A DNA stretch of 64,000 bases, taken from the NCBI GenBank assembly GCA_041752695.1, contig JBGSVZ010000036.1:29876-93875 (forward strand), in the 5' to 3' direction. Below, piece after piece: positions 37,632 through 47,900 of the stretch. A model generated the notes under the pieces. The model did no database searches, was not told the origin of the DNA, and worked only from the letters and a program-made list of their open reading frames with translations. The position numbers were made by a program, and so were the translations under genes. Each line of letters opens with the position of its first letter. Position 1 is the first letter of the stretch. The stretch comes from Terrimicrobiaceae bacterium (GTDB lineage: Bacteria; Verrucomicrobiota; Verrucomicrobiia; Chthoniobacterales; Terrimicrobiaceae).

Positions 37632-39170
37632 ATGAATCGCTTCATGCCTCACGGCTACTGCATGCAGTGGGATTTCTGGCTTCTCACCCAGCACGTCACG
37701 TCCGACCTTCTCATCGCCGCCGCCTATTTCTCCATTCCTGTAGCTCTGGTGACCTTTGTTCGGAAACGGAAGGATGTGACTTTCAGTTTCATCTTCTGGT
37801 TGTTCTCACTTTTCATTTTCTCCTGCGGAATCACGCATCTGCTGGAAATTTACCTTTTGTGGCACCCGCTCTATTGGGTGGCGGGATGGGCGAAAACTCT
37901 CACCGCAGTCGCGTCCGTGGCCACAGCCATCGTGCTCTGGCGTGTCATTCCCCAGGCTCTTCAGATCCCCAGCCATCACGAACTCGAAAGCGCCAACACG
38001 GAACTTCAGGAACAACTGCGGATGCGCGAGGAAGCCGAACGGGGGAGTCGGCAGAAAGACGATTTTCTGGCGACCCTCAGCCACGAACTTCGCACCCCGC
38101 TCAATGCCATTCTCGGCTGGGTTCAGCTTCTCGAGGAAGGACACATTCCCAAAAACAAGCAGGCCGAGGCTCTGGAGGTCATCGCCCGGAATGCCCGTTC
38201 ACAGGCGCAGTTGATCAATGACCTTCTAGACCTCAGTGGCATCGCCGCCGGCAAGATGCGCATGGAAAATCAGGCGGTGAATCTGAACGATGTCGTCAAG
38301 GGGGCCTTGGCTACCGTCATGCCGACCGCCGCTCAGCAAGGCGTTCGGCTCGAAGGCCGGATCCCCGCTGCGGACCATGTCATCCAGGGTGACAACCGCC
38401 GCCTCCAGCAAGTCGTCTGGAATCTTCTCAGCAATGCCTTAAAATTCACCCCCTCCGAAGGGCGCGTGGAAGTCGCCGTAACGGGCAATGCCTCCGAAGC
38501 CGTCCTGACTGTGACCGACACCGGCATCGGTATTGAGTCGAAATTTCTTCCCCAGGTCTTCGAGCGTTTCAAGCAAGCCGATGGCGGTACGACCCGCACC
38601 CGCGGCGGAATGGGCATCGGACTCGCCCTCGCCCGTGAGATTGTCCTTCTCCACGGCGGCCAAATCCACGCTGCGAGCGCGGGGCTTGGCTTTGGCTCGA
38701 CCTTTACTGTGAGACTTCCAAAAAGTTCATTCACCTCCGAAGATCCCGAGGCGAGTAAGGCGAAATTTTCCGCTCAATGTCTCGCCGGACATTTTATCCT
38801 TGTGGCGGAGGATGATGCGGACTCGCGAAACCTCTTCCTCGAGATTTGCCGGCAGGCGGGCGCGGAAGTGGTGGCCGCAGCGACCGCAGAGGAAGCCCTG
38901 GACGCGGCAAATGCACGTCGTCCTTCCGCTCTTGTAAGCGATATCGCCATGCCCGGGCACGACGGAATTTGGCTCATCCGCCGCATACGCGAACGGCACG
39001 GGAACATCCCCGCCATCGCCGTGAGCGCGTTTGCCCACAAAGAAGACCGCGCGGCCGCTCGGGACGCCGGCTTTCATCTCCACCTATCGAAACCCGTGGA
39101 ACCCTCAGAGCTTCTCCGCAGCCTCAACCGCCTTTTGACCGTGGGAGAAGGTCCAGGAGACGCTCAGTAA
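37632..39170 (+). CDS. Hybrid sensor histidine kinase/receiver with N-terminal ethylene-receptor (ETR1-like) membrane domain
   Basis: SDLLIAAAYFSIP..FIFSCGITH; FLATLSHELRTPL; NLLSNALKFT; DTGIGI; receiver VAEDD..SDIAMP..SKP; start may be 37614. Confidence 0.88.
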   Translation: MNRFMPHGYCMQWDFWLLTQHVTSDLLIAAAYFSIPVALVTFVRKRKDVTFSFIFWLFSLFIFSCGITHLLEIYLLWHPLYWVAGWAKTLTAVASVATAIVLWRVIPQALQIPSHHELESANTELQEQLRMREEAERGSRQKDDFLATLSHELRTPLNAILGWVQLLEEGHIPKNKQAEALEVIARNARSQAQLINDLLDLSGIAAGKMRMENQAVNLNDVVKGALATVMPTAAQQGVRLEGRIPAADHVIQGDNRRLQQVVWNLLSNALKFTPSEGRVEVAVTGNASEAVLTVTDTGIGIESKFLPQVFERFKQADGGTTRTRGGMGIGLALAREIVLLHGGQIHAASAGLGFGSTFTVRLPKSSFTSEDPEASKAKFSAQCLAGHFILVAEDDADSRNLFLEICRQAGAEVVAAATAEEALDAANARRPSALVSDIAMPGHDGIWLIRRIRERHGNIPAIAVSAFAHKEDRAAARDAGFHLHLSKPVEPSELLRSLNRLLTVGEGPGDAQ

Positions 39171-39193
39171 AACCCTCCCCGTTCGAGGAAGCG

Positions 39194-39247
39194 AATATAA
39201 TAAGCCACCTAATAATATATTGACTTAACAATCAACATCCCTAACTT
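39194..39247 (+). promoter_or_regulatory. Promoter/operator of the MarR-RND operon
   Basis: AT-rich imperfect palindrome AATATAATAAG..CTAATAATATATT; TTGACT(39220-39225)-16 bp-TAACTT(39242-39247). Confidence 0.45.
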
Positions 39248-39254
39248 GCGCCGC

Positions 39255-39788
39255 ATGCCGTTTTTGATGCTCAAGGAAGTCCCGCGTTACGAGTGCCTGA
39301 AAGAGGCCTCGGCGCAGAATCCTGACGCCGATCCCTCGATCTGTGAGTTGTTTCTCAACATCCTCCACACCGGGGATCTGGCGGCCCGGAGTGAAGGCGA
39401 TTTTTTGGCGGGCCATGGGCTCAATCAGGCCCGGATGATCATCCTTGTCCTCCTCGACAATGCCGCGACCGGCAGCATGCGATCCTCGGAGTTGGCGGAT
39501 CACGCCAAAGTGAGTCGCGCGACCATGACCGGCCTCCTCGACACGCTGGAAAAAGCCGGCCTTCTTTCCCGCGCTCCTGATCCCCACGACCGCCGCGCGT
39601 CCAACGTCAAAATCACCAAGAAAGGCGAGACCCTGCTTCACAAAGTGCAGCCCCTGCAATCGCGTTGGGCGCAGGAAATTCTTTCGCCCCTCTCCCTCAG
39701 GGAACGGGACGAACTCGTCCGCCTTCTCCAAAAAACCCAGCAAGCCTTCCTCAACCAAGCCGCAGCCACCCACGGCGCTCATTCATGA
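39255..39788 (+). CDS. MarR family transcriptional regulator
   Basis: SELADHAKVSRATMTGLLDTLEKAGLLSRAPDPHDRR. Confidence 0.9.
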   Translation: MPFLMLKEVPRYECLKEASAQNPDADPSICELFLNILHTGDLAARSEGDFLAGHGLNQARMIILVLLDNAATGSMRSSELADHAKVSRATMTGLLDTLEKAGLLSRAPDPHDRRASNVKITKKGETLLHKVQPLQSRWAQEILSPLSLRERDELVRLLQKTQQAFLNQAAATHGAHS

Positions 39789-40933
39789 AAAAGAAGTACA
39801 TCGTCTCTGCTCTCATTTTTGTCGCGATTCTCGCCGGAATCGCCATTTGGACCGCTCTCGGCGGAATCAAATATTTCCAGATCATGGGTGCCATGGAGCA
39901 ATATGCCAACATGCCCATGCGGGTGGAATCGGTCACCTCGCAGGCCGCGACCGAGGAGCTGTGGATTCCGTCCCTCAAGGCCATCGGATCCACCGACGCC
40001 GTCCAGGGCGTGACCGTGAGCACGGACCAACCCGGGATCGTGACAAAGATCGCTTTTGAATCCGGCCAGACCGTCAAGGCGGGCGACCTGCTCGTGCAGC
40101 TCGATGTCACCCAGGAGGAAGCCCAGCTCCGTTCGGCGTTGGCCCAGCAGAAACTCGCCGCCCTCAACCTGCAGCGTCAGCAAAACCTCATCAAGAGCCG
40201 GGTGAGTGCGCAGTCGGAACTCGACACCGCCCAGGCCGAATACGATCAGGCCACCGCCCGCGTGCTGGAGATGAAATCCATGGTCGATAAAAAAACCATC
40301 CGTGCGCCGTTTTCGGGAGTCCTCGGCATCCGCGCCGTCAATCTCGGCCAGTATCTGCAAAGCGGCGCCGCCGTCGCCCCACTGCAGGCTCTCGATCCGA
40401 TTTACGTGAACTTCTACCTGCCGCAGCAAAACCTCGGCCAGATCGCGGCCGGACAGACCGTGAACGTCAAAGCCGACGGCCTGCCCGAAGTAAAATTCGA
40501 AGGCACGGTCAATGCCGTGGATGCTGTGGTGGATGAAGCGACCCGCAACGTCCGGGTCCAAGCCACCCTCGCCAATCCCCAAGGCCAGCTCCGCCCCGGC
40601 ATGTTTGTTAATGCCGAGGTGCCGCAGAAGGCCGAAGCCCGCCACGTCGTCCTGCCCTCCACCGCCATCCAATACGCGCCCTACGGCGACACCGTGTTTG
40701 TCATCGAGGACATGACCGACCCCAAGAGCGGCCAGGCCTACAAGGGCGTGCGCCAGCAGGTGGTGAAAATCGGGGAAACGCGCGGGGACCGCATCGCCAT
40801 CCTGTCCGGTGTCAAACCCGGCGAGGAGGTCGTCACTTCCGGGGTTTTCAAACTCCGCCAGGGGGCCGCCGTGAACGTCAACAACAGCATCCTGCCCGAG
40901 AACAGCGAAGCCCCAACCCCGGAGGATACGTGA
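39785..40933 (+). CDS. RND efflux periplasmic adaptor (MFP) subunit
   Basis: N-terminal TM; GIVTKIAFESGQTVKAGDLLVQLD; IRAPFSG; LRPGMF. Confidence 0.92.
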   Translation: MKKKYIVSALIFVAILAGIAIWTALGGIKYFQIMGAMEQYANMPMRVESVTSQAATEELWIPSLKAIGSTDAVQGVTVSTDQPGIVTKIAFESGQTVKAGDLLVQLDVTQEEAQLRSALAQQKLAALNLQRQQNLIKSRVSAQSELDTAQAEYDQATARVLEMKSMVDKKTIRAPFSGVLGIRAVNLGQYLQSGAAVAPLQALDPIYVNFYLPQQNLGQIAAGQTVNVKADGLPEVKFEGTVNAVDAVVDEATRNVRVQATLANPQGQLRPGMFVNAEVPQKAEARHVVLPSTAIQYAPYGDTVFVIEDMTDPKSGQAYKGVRQQVVKIGETRGDRIAILSGVKPGEEVVTSGVFKLRQGAAVNVNNSILPENSEAPTPEDT

Positions 40934-41010
40934 TGGAGTGAAAAGGAAAATGAAGGTGAGGAGGGAATTCCCCTTTCGCTTTCACCCGCCCCTTCACTTT
41001 TGCGAAGCCT

Positions 41011-44000
41011 ATGAAAATCACTGATCTCTTTATCAAGCGCCCGATTCTGGCGCTGGTCGTCAACCTGCTCATTCTCATTGCCGGGTTGGTCTCCATCCAG
41101 ACGCTGAGCGTCCGCCAATATCCCCGCAGCGATATTGCGCAGATCACGATCAAGACCGCCTACATCGGCGCGAATGCCGATCTCGTCCGCGGCTACATCA
41201 CGACGCCGCTGGAGCGGGTCATCGCCAGTGCGGACGGCATCGACTACATGCAGTCGTCCAGCGCGCAGGGACTCAGCACCATCACGGTGCGCCTGAAGCT
41301 GAACTTTGACACCAACGCCGCCCTCACGCAGATCCAGGCCAAGGTCGCGCAGGTCCGCAACGACCTCCCGCCCGAGGCCGAGGCGCCCATTATTGAGGTC
41401 GAGTCAAAGGACTCGGAATTCGCCGCCGTTTACCTCAGCTTTTTCTCCGAGGACCTGGATCAAAACCAGATCACCGACTACCTGACCCGTGTGGTGCAGC
41501 CGAAACTCTCGGCCCTCAACGGCGTGCAGCGGGCGGACATTCTGGGCGCGCGCACCTTTGCCATGCGCATCTGGCTCAAACCCGACAAGCTGGCCTCCCT
41601 CAATCTCACGCCGACCGAGGTTCTGGCCGCCCTGCAATCGAACAACTACCTTGCCGCGGTGGGTCGCACCAAGGGCACGATGATTGCCGTGAACCTCATC
41701 GCCAACACCGACCTCAAGACGGTGGAGGAATTTCGCAATCTCGTCATCCGGCAGAGCGGCGGAGCCATCGTCCGGCTGGGCGACGTGGCCGACATCAACC
41801 TCGGCGCGGAATCCTACGAGGAAGACGTGCGTTTCAGCGGCCAGAAAGCCACCTTCATGGGCATCTGGCCCCTGCCCACCGCCAACACTCTGGACGTGGT
41901 CCAGTTGGTTCGAGACGCCCTCCCCGATATCCAGGCCCGCCTCCCCGCCGGCATGAATGCCAGTGTGGCCTACGACTCGACGGTCTACATCGACAGCGCC
42001 ATTCACGACGTGCTGAAGACGCTGATGGAAACGCTGCTCATCGTGGTCGTGGTGATCTTCCTGTTCATGGGCTCGATTCGCTCGGTCATCATTCCCGTGA
42101 TGGCGATTCCCATCTCCCTCATCGGCGCAGTGTTTCTGATGATGGCGGCTGGATTTACCATCAACCTCCTCACGCTGCTGGCCATCGTGCTGGCAGTGGG
42201 CCTGGTGGTGGACGATGCCATCGTGGTGGTGGAAAATGTCGAGCGTCACCTGCAGGAAGGCCTCGCTCCCCTGCAGGCCGCGCTTCTGGGGGCGAGGGAG
42301 CTGGTGGGGCCGGTGATTTCCATGACGATTACGCTCGTCGCCGTCTATACGCCCATCGGCATCCAGGGCGGCCTGACGGGCGCGCTCTTCCGCGAATTTG
42401 CCTTCACCCTGGCCGGCGCCGTGCTCGTCTCCGGCATCGTGGCCCTCACCCTCTCACCCATGATGGCGTCCAAACTTCTTCGCCCCGGCGATGCGGAACG
42501 CGGATATGCCGGCTGGGTCAATCGCCGCTTCGAGTGGCTGCGCTGCACCTACTCGCGCGCCTTGGAACGGACCGTCGAGTTCCGATGGCCGGTCCTCACC
42601 TTCGCCACCATGATGGCGGTGATGATCATCCCCCTCTCGATGTTTTCCGTCAACGAACTCGCCCCCAACGAGGATCAGGGTTTTCTCTTTGGCATCGTGC
42701 AGGCCCCGGCCAACGCCACCCTCGATCAGGTGACACTTTTCACCGATGAGATCAACAAGGCGTTTATGTCCGCGCCTGAAGTGGCGAACACCTTCCAGAT
42801 CAACTCCGCGGCCGGCGGATTCGGCGGACTGGTGACCAAGCCCTGGAACGAACGGGATCGCACCACGGCGGAAATTCAAAACGACCTCTTTCCAAAGACA
42901 GGCGCGATTGCCGGTCTGCAAGTCATTCCCATCACGCCCGCGCCGTTACCCGGTGGCAGCAACTTCCCGATTGAGATCGTGATTGCCACCACGGCGGAGC
43001 CGGAGGAACTGGTCGAAGTCGCCAACAAATTGGTGGCGAAGGCGTTTGAAAGCGGACTCTTCATGTTCGCCGACGCCGACCTCAAATACGACCAGCCGCA
43101 GACGGAAATCGTCTTCGACCGCGACAAGGTCGCGGCCCAGGGTCTCAACCTGCAAAGGGTGGGCGCGGATCTGGGGGCCATGTTGGGCGGCAACTATGTG
43201 AACCGCTTTAACACCGCCGGTCGCAGCTACAAGGTGATCCCGCAGATCAAAAGAGCCGAACGTCTCAATGCCGACCAGCTCAAGGATATTTACGTGAGCG
43301 GACCCGACGGCCGCATGGTCCAGCTCTCCACCTTTGCCACGCTGAAAAACTCCGTCGTGGCCCGGGAACTCAAACGTTTCCAGCAGTTGAACGCCGTCAC
43401 CATCCAGGGCGCCATCCCCCCGGGGGTCTCGAAGGACATGGCCCTGCGCACGCTGGAAGACGAGGCCCGCAAGATCATGCCTCCCGGCTTTAGCATCGAC
43501 TACGCCGGGGAATCCCGCCAGCTGCGCACCGAGGGCAACACCCTCGTCACCACGATGATGCTTTCCGCCGTGCTGATCTTTCTGGTGCTCGCCGCGCAGT
43601 TTGAGAGTTTCCGCGACCCGTTCATCATCCTGTTCGGTTCCGTGCCGCTCGCCCTCACCGGAGCGCTGATCTTTGCGTTCCTCGGCTTCACCTCGCTGAA
43701 CATTTACAGCCAGGTCGGCCTCATCACCCTGGTGGGTCTCGTTTCGAAAAACGGTATCCTCATGGTGGAGTTCGCCAACCACCTTCAGGAAACCGGGCTC
43801 GATAAAATGCAGGCCATCATCCAAGCCTCCGCGACCCGGTTGCGACCGATCCTCATGACCACGGCCGCGACCGTCTTCGGCCACACGCCGCTCATCTTCG
43901 CCAGCGGCCCCGGTGCCGCCGCCCGCAATAGCATCGGCATTGTGCTCGTCACCGGCATGATCATCGGCACGGCCTTCACCCTGTTTGTCGTGCCTGCGAT

Positions 44001-44082
44001 TTACATGGTGATTGCCCGCAATCGGAAAAAGACCAACGTCCCCGTCGAGCGCGTCGAAACGCTGCAACACGCGGCCGCTTAA
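41011..44082 (+). CDS. RND efflux permease subunit (AcrB/MexI-like)
   Basis: FIKRP, GLVVDDAIVVVENV, ALTLSPMM, SKNGILMVEF, RLRPILMTT. Confidence 0.95.
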   Translation: MKITDLFIKRPILALVVNLLILIAGLVSIQTLSVRQYPRSDIAQITIKTAYIGANADLVRGYITTPLERVIASADGIDYMQSSSAQGLSTITVRLKLNFDTNAALTQIQAKVAQVRNDLPPEAEAPIIEVESKDSEFAAVYLSFFSEDLDQNQITDYLTRVVQPKLSALNGVQRADILGARTFAMRIWLKPDKLASLNLTPTEVLAALQSNNYLAAVGRTKGTMIAVNLIANTDLKTVEEFRNLVIRQSGGAIVRLGDVADINLGAESYEEDVRFSGQKATFMGIWPLPTANTLDVVQLVRDALPDIQARLPAGMNASVAYDSTVYIDSAIHDVLKTLMETLLIVVVVIFLFMGSIRSVIIPVMAIPISLIGAVFLMMAAGFTINLLTLLAIVLAVGLVVDDAIVVVENVERHLQEGLAPLQAALLGARELVGPVISMTITLVAVYTPIGIQGGLTGALFREFAFTLAGAVLVSGIVALTLSPMMASKLLRPGDAERGYAGWVNRRFEWLRCTYSRALERTVEFRWPVLTFATMMAVMIIPLSMFSVNELAPNEDQGFLFGIVQAPANATLDQVTLFTDEINKAFMSAPEVANTFQINSAAGGFGGLVTKPWNERDRTTAEIQNDLFPKTGAIAGLQVIPITPAPLPGGSNFPIEIVIATTAEPEELVEVANKLVAKAFESGLFMFADADLKYDQPQTEIVFDRDKVAAQGLNLQRVGADLGAMLGGNYVNRFNTAGRSYKVIPQIKRAERLNADQLKDIYVSGPDGRMVQLSTFATLKNSVVARELKRFQQLNAVTIQGAIPPGVSKDMALRTLEDEARKIMPPGFSIDYAGESRQLRTEGNTLVTTMMLSAVLIFLVLAAQFESFRDPFIILFGSVPLALTGALIFAFLGFTSLNIYSQVGLITLVGLVSKNGILMVEFANHLQETGLDKMQAIIQASATRLRPILMTTAATVFGHTPLIFASGPGAAARNSIGIVLVTGMIIGTAFTLFVVPAIYMVIARNRKKTNVPVERVETLQHAAA

Positions 44083-44123
44083 TATCTTGAAAATCCAACG
44101 GTGGGGTCCAGCCTCCCCACATT

Positions 44124-44546
44124 GTGATACGCGCCGTTCTCGATACAAACGTGATCCTCGCTGCACTGCTTTCGCGGCGCGGGGCTTCTTTCGAGATTCT
44201 CCAGCGGCTTCGACGAGGGGAATGGCGAATCGTGCTCAGTAATCACCTGCTTCTTGAGTATGAAGAAGTTTTGAAACGCAATGCCGCCACGCTCGGGCTC
44301 ACCCACCAGGAATTGGATAGCTTTCTCAACGCCATTTGCCGGGACGCCGATTGCTTTCAACTCCCCGGCGCGCAACCGCCGCGGCTGCCTGATGCTGACG
44401 ACGAGCCACTCTTGCGTCTCGCAGAACATTCCTGTGCCCGGTGTATATCTACGCACAACCTCCGCCATCTCACTCCAGCCGCGGCATTTGGTGTCGCCGT
44501 CTTGCCACCACGCGAGTTTTTGCGCATATTGTCGGAACGGCCATGA
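44124..44546 (+). CDS. PIN-domain toxin (toxin-first TA pair)
   Basis: VLDTNVILAAL, LEYEEVL, PDADDE, THNLRH. Confidence 0.85.
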   Translation: MIRAVLDTNVILAALLSRRGASFEILQRLRRGEWRIVLSNHLLLEYEEVLKRNAATLGLTHQELDSFLNAICRDADCFQLPGAQPPRLPDADDEPLLRLAEHSCARCISTHNLRHLTPAAAFGVAVLPPREFLRILSERP

Positions 44547-44779
44547 CAACGCTCCGAACTGCAATTCCCGACGACCTGCACGAAGCCGTGCTCGCCCAAG
44601 CCGAGCGCGAGCATATTAGTGTGGATGCGCTCATCTCTCGCACCCTGCGGGCCGCCGTCGCGATGCCGCTTCTCGGGCTCAAGGTGGAAGAACGTGCCAC
44701 CCATGGAGACTGGGAGGACTTCGACCGCATTATGGCCCGTGTCCCGGATGCTCCACCCGTGCCGGGGGACGAAAAGTAA
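44543..44779 (+). CDS. Small antitoxin (RHH/HicB-like)
   Basis: MTTLRTAIPDDLHEAVLAQAEREHISVD..VPDAPPVPGDE; ATGA overlap with PIN gene. Confidence 0.75.
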   Translation: MTTLRTAIPDDLHEAVLAQAEREHISVDALISRTLRAAVAMPLLGLKVEERATHGDWEDFDRIMARVPDAPPVPGDEK

Positions 44780-44933
44780 GGACCTGCGGCAGGTGAGTCG
44801 CCCCCTACGTGAAAGTCTTCATCAGCCGCCATAGAGCAGCCAAGATCTTCAGTCGTTTGCCAGCAATCGACTTCCTTCCGGGTTCCGCGCCCATGAGCAC
44901 ATCGTGCAGGCGGTCGATTCTTGACTCACACGA

Positions 44934-47900
44934 ATGAACCTCCCGCGTCATCCCCAAGCGAAACATTTCCACCGCCTCGGCTTAACGGCTGAAGTTCAGA
45001 GTTTTGCAGGGCTTGAAGCACGAATTGCAGCATTGCCAACGGAGCAAGCCAGAGGAGCCGCGTTCGAAATCTTCGCAGAAGCGTGTCTGGCCACCCAACG
45101 AATTTACCAGGCTCGTCAGGTTTGGCCGGGTAATTCAATGCCTTCCACACTGCGTCAGCAACTGCGCTTGCCGAGCGCAGACATGGGTGTGGACGGTGTG
45201 TTTGTCACGCCGACGGATGAGCCTGTTTGCTATCAATCAAAGTTCCGCACAGGACGACCCACGCTCACTTGGACCGAATTGTCCACCTTTTACGGCTTGG
45301 TTGATGTTGGTCCGCACAGGCTTGTATTTACTAATTGCGATGAGGTAGCACGAGTCGCAGAGGAGAGAACCGGGGCGATTTTTGTACGAGGAGGTGACTT
45401 GGATCGCCTAACGCCAGAAGATTTCCAAATTATTACCGCTTGGCTCGCGGAGCGCCCCGCCACCCCGAAGAAAAAAGATCCGAAGCCGCATCAACTTGTC
45501 GCCCTGGGAGATATCGTTGGAGGGCTGTCGCGTGGGCCACGGGCCACGGCATTGATGGCTTGCGGTAGCGGGAAAACTTTGGTCGCCCTTTGGGCTGCTG
45601 AACGACTTGGTGCGCGCACTGTATTGGTTCTGCTGCCTTCGCTTGCGTTGGTCCGCCAGACATTGCACGAGTGGCTTCACGAAACTAGCTGGCCGGATGT
45701 CCAGTTTTTGTGTGTCTGTTCCGACCCGACGGTTCAACCAGAGGAAGATTCCCTATTGGTACGTCCCTCCGACCTCGACTTTGCGGTTACGACGCAGAGC
45801 GCCGAGGTGCGGCGCTTTCTTGAACGTCCTACCCAATCAGTGCGATTGGTGTTCTCCACGTACCAATCCAGCCAAGTCGTCGCCGCAGCCGTCTCTGGTT
45901 TGGTACCGTTCGATTTGGGTGTGTTCGACGAGGCGCACAAGACCGCCGGACGGGAGGGAGCGAGGTTTGCGCTCGCGCTCAAGGATGAAAACCTGCCCAT
46001 TGCACGCCGTCTTTTCCTGACTGCGACGCCGCGTCACTACGACGTTGCGAAAAAGGACAAGTTTGGCGAATCGAAAGTTGTCTTCTCCATGGACGTCCCG
46101 GAAATCTACGGGCCCATCGTCCACCGGCTACCGTTTAGCGCGGCGGCAAAGTCGGGCATAATAACCGACTACAAGATTATCATCTCAGTCGTAACCTCGG
46201 AAATGGTGACGAATGAAGCCCTTCGCCTTGGTATTGTCTTGATCGATGGAGACGAAGTTAAAGCCCGTCAGGTTGCTAATCAGATCGCCCTCAAGTCGGC
46301 CATTGAGAAATACAAAGTATCGAAAGTATTTACGTTCCACTCAAGGGTGGATTCTGCGAAGTCATTTGCCAGCAGCGGTCCGGAGGGCATCGGGACTCAT
46401 GTCGAGGGCTATCACTGTGCATATATCGAGGGTGCAATGACGACCTCTTACCGCGAACGGCTTTTACGCGAGTTCGCCGCCTCACCGCGTGCCATCCTGT
46501 CCAACGCGCGATGCCTGACTGAAGGAGTGGATGTTCCCGCCGTTGATATGGTGGCGTTTCTCAGCCCAAAACGAAGTCTTGTTGACATCGTGCAAGCAAC
46601 TGGGAGGGCGATGCGACTCTCGCAAGAATCAGGGAAGCAATTCGGATATGTGCTCGTGCCGCTCTACGTCGAAAAGGCACGCGGCGAAACGATCGAGCAG
46701 GCCGTACTACGCAGTAATTTCGACGAGGTTTGGAAGGTTCTTCAGGGTTTGAAGGAGCAGGACGATTTGCTTGCGCAGATTATCGCAGAAATGCGAATAG
46801 AGCGTGGTCGTGCTGGTGGATATGACGACAGTCGCTTTCGCGAACGCGTTGAGGTTTTGTGCCCCGAGATTTCACTGGAGACTCTGCGGAGCACAATTAC
46901 AGCTGCATGTCTAGATGCGATTGGAGAAAACTGGTTTGAGCGTTACGGTCAGCTCGTTGCTTACAAGGAGGAACACGGAAATTGCAATATTCCAGCGCGT
47001 TGGCCTAAAAATCAAAAATTGGCCACTTGGGTGGTCGAGCAGAGGGTCCGGAAACGCGATGAAAATTTGGAGCCACACAAGATCGAGCTTTTGAACCAGC
47101 TGTCGCTTTCCTGGAACCCTCGACTTACGAACTGGCGCACAGCTTATCTTGAGTTGGTTAAATTTCAAAATCGTTTCGGTCATTGTCGTGTACCTCAGAA
47201 GTGGAAGGAGAACAAAGCCTTGTCGCATTGGGTGTCGACTCAAAGGGCACACTTTTCGAAGGGGAGGCTTCACCTTGACCGTATTGCACTACTAAATAAT
47301 CTTGGCTTTGACTGGAAAGTCAGTGTTGGAACGTGGGACGAGCGTTTCACAGAGCTCTGCAACTACAAGGTGCGGTTTGGCAACACCCGCGTTCCGACAA
47401 AGTGGCATGAAAATCGCACTCTCGGAGGATGGGTCGTCGAGCAAAGATATGACAAACGCCATGGAAATTTGCGCAAGGACCTCGAAGAGAGGTTAAACTC
47501 CATTGGGTTCGAATGGGAGGTTCCGAGAAACGTTCTACCGGCGAGGAGCGTAACTTCAAGAATCGATGAGTTGATTTCCTACAGAGCAAAACATAGTCAC
47601 CTTTCCGTATCACGAGGCGACAAAGACTATCCGGGATTAGCTGGTTGGATGACCGATCAAAGAGCGCGTTACCGGGCGGGAAAGTTGTCATCTGAAATTA
47701 AACTCCAGCTTGACAGTGTTGGGTTTCCATGGATGCCGACTCCAGCTTGCCAGGACAAGCAATGGTTTGAGATGTTCGAGCGCTTCAAAGCATATGCGGT
47801 TCAACATGGCCCTTTGACCGTCGTTGTGATTGACGATGAAACCGCAAAGCTAAACCGGTGGATGCTCACACAGCGGGGATTGAAAAAGCGCGGCAAATTG

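Noticed and set aside
40936..41000. Purine/pyrimidine-skewed hairpin between the RND genes as an ncRNA or terminator
   Set aside because: Many mismatches, inside an operon, single copy in the window
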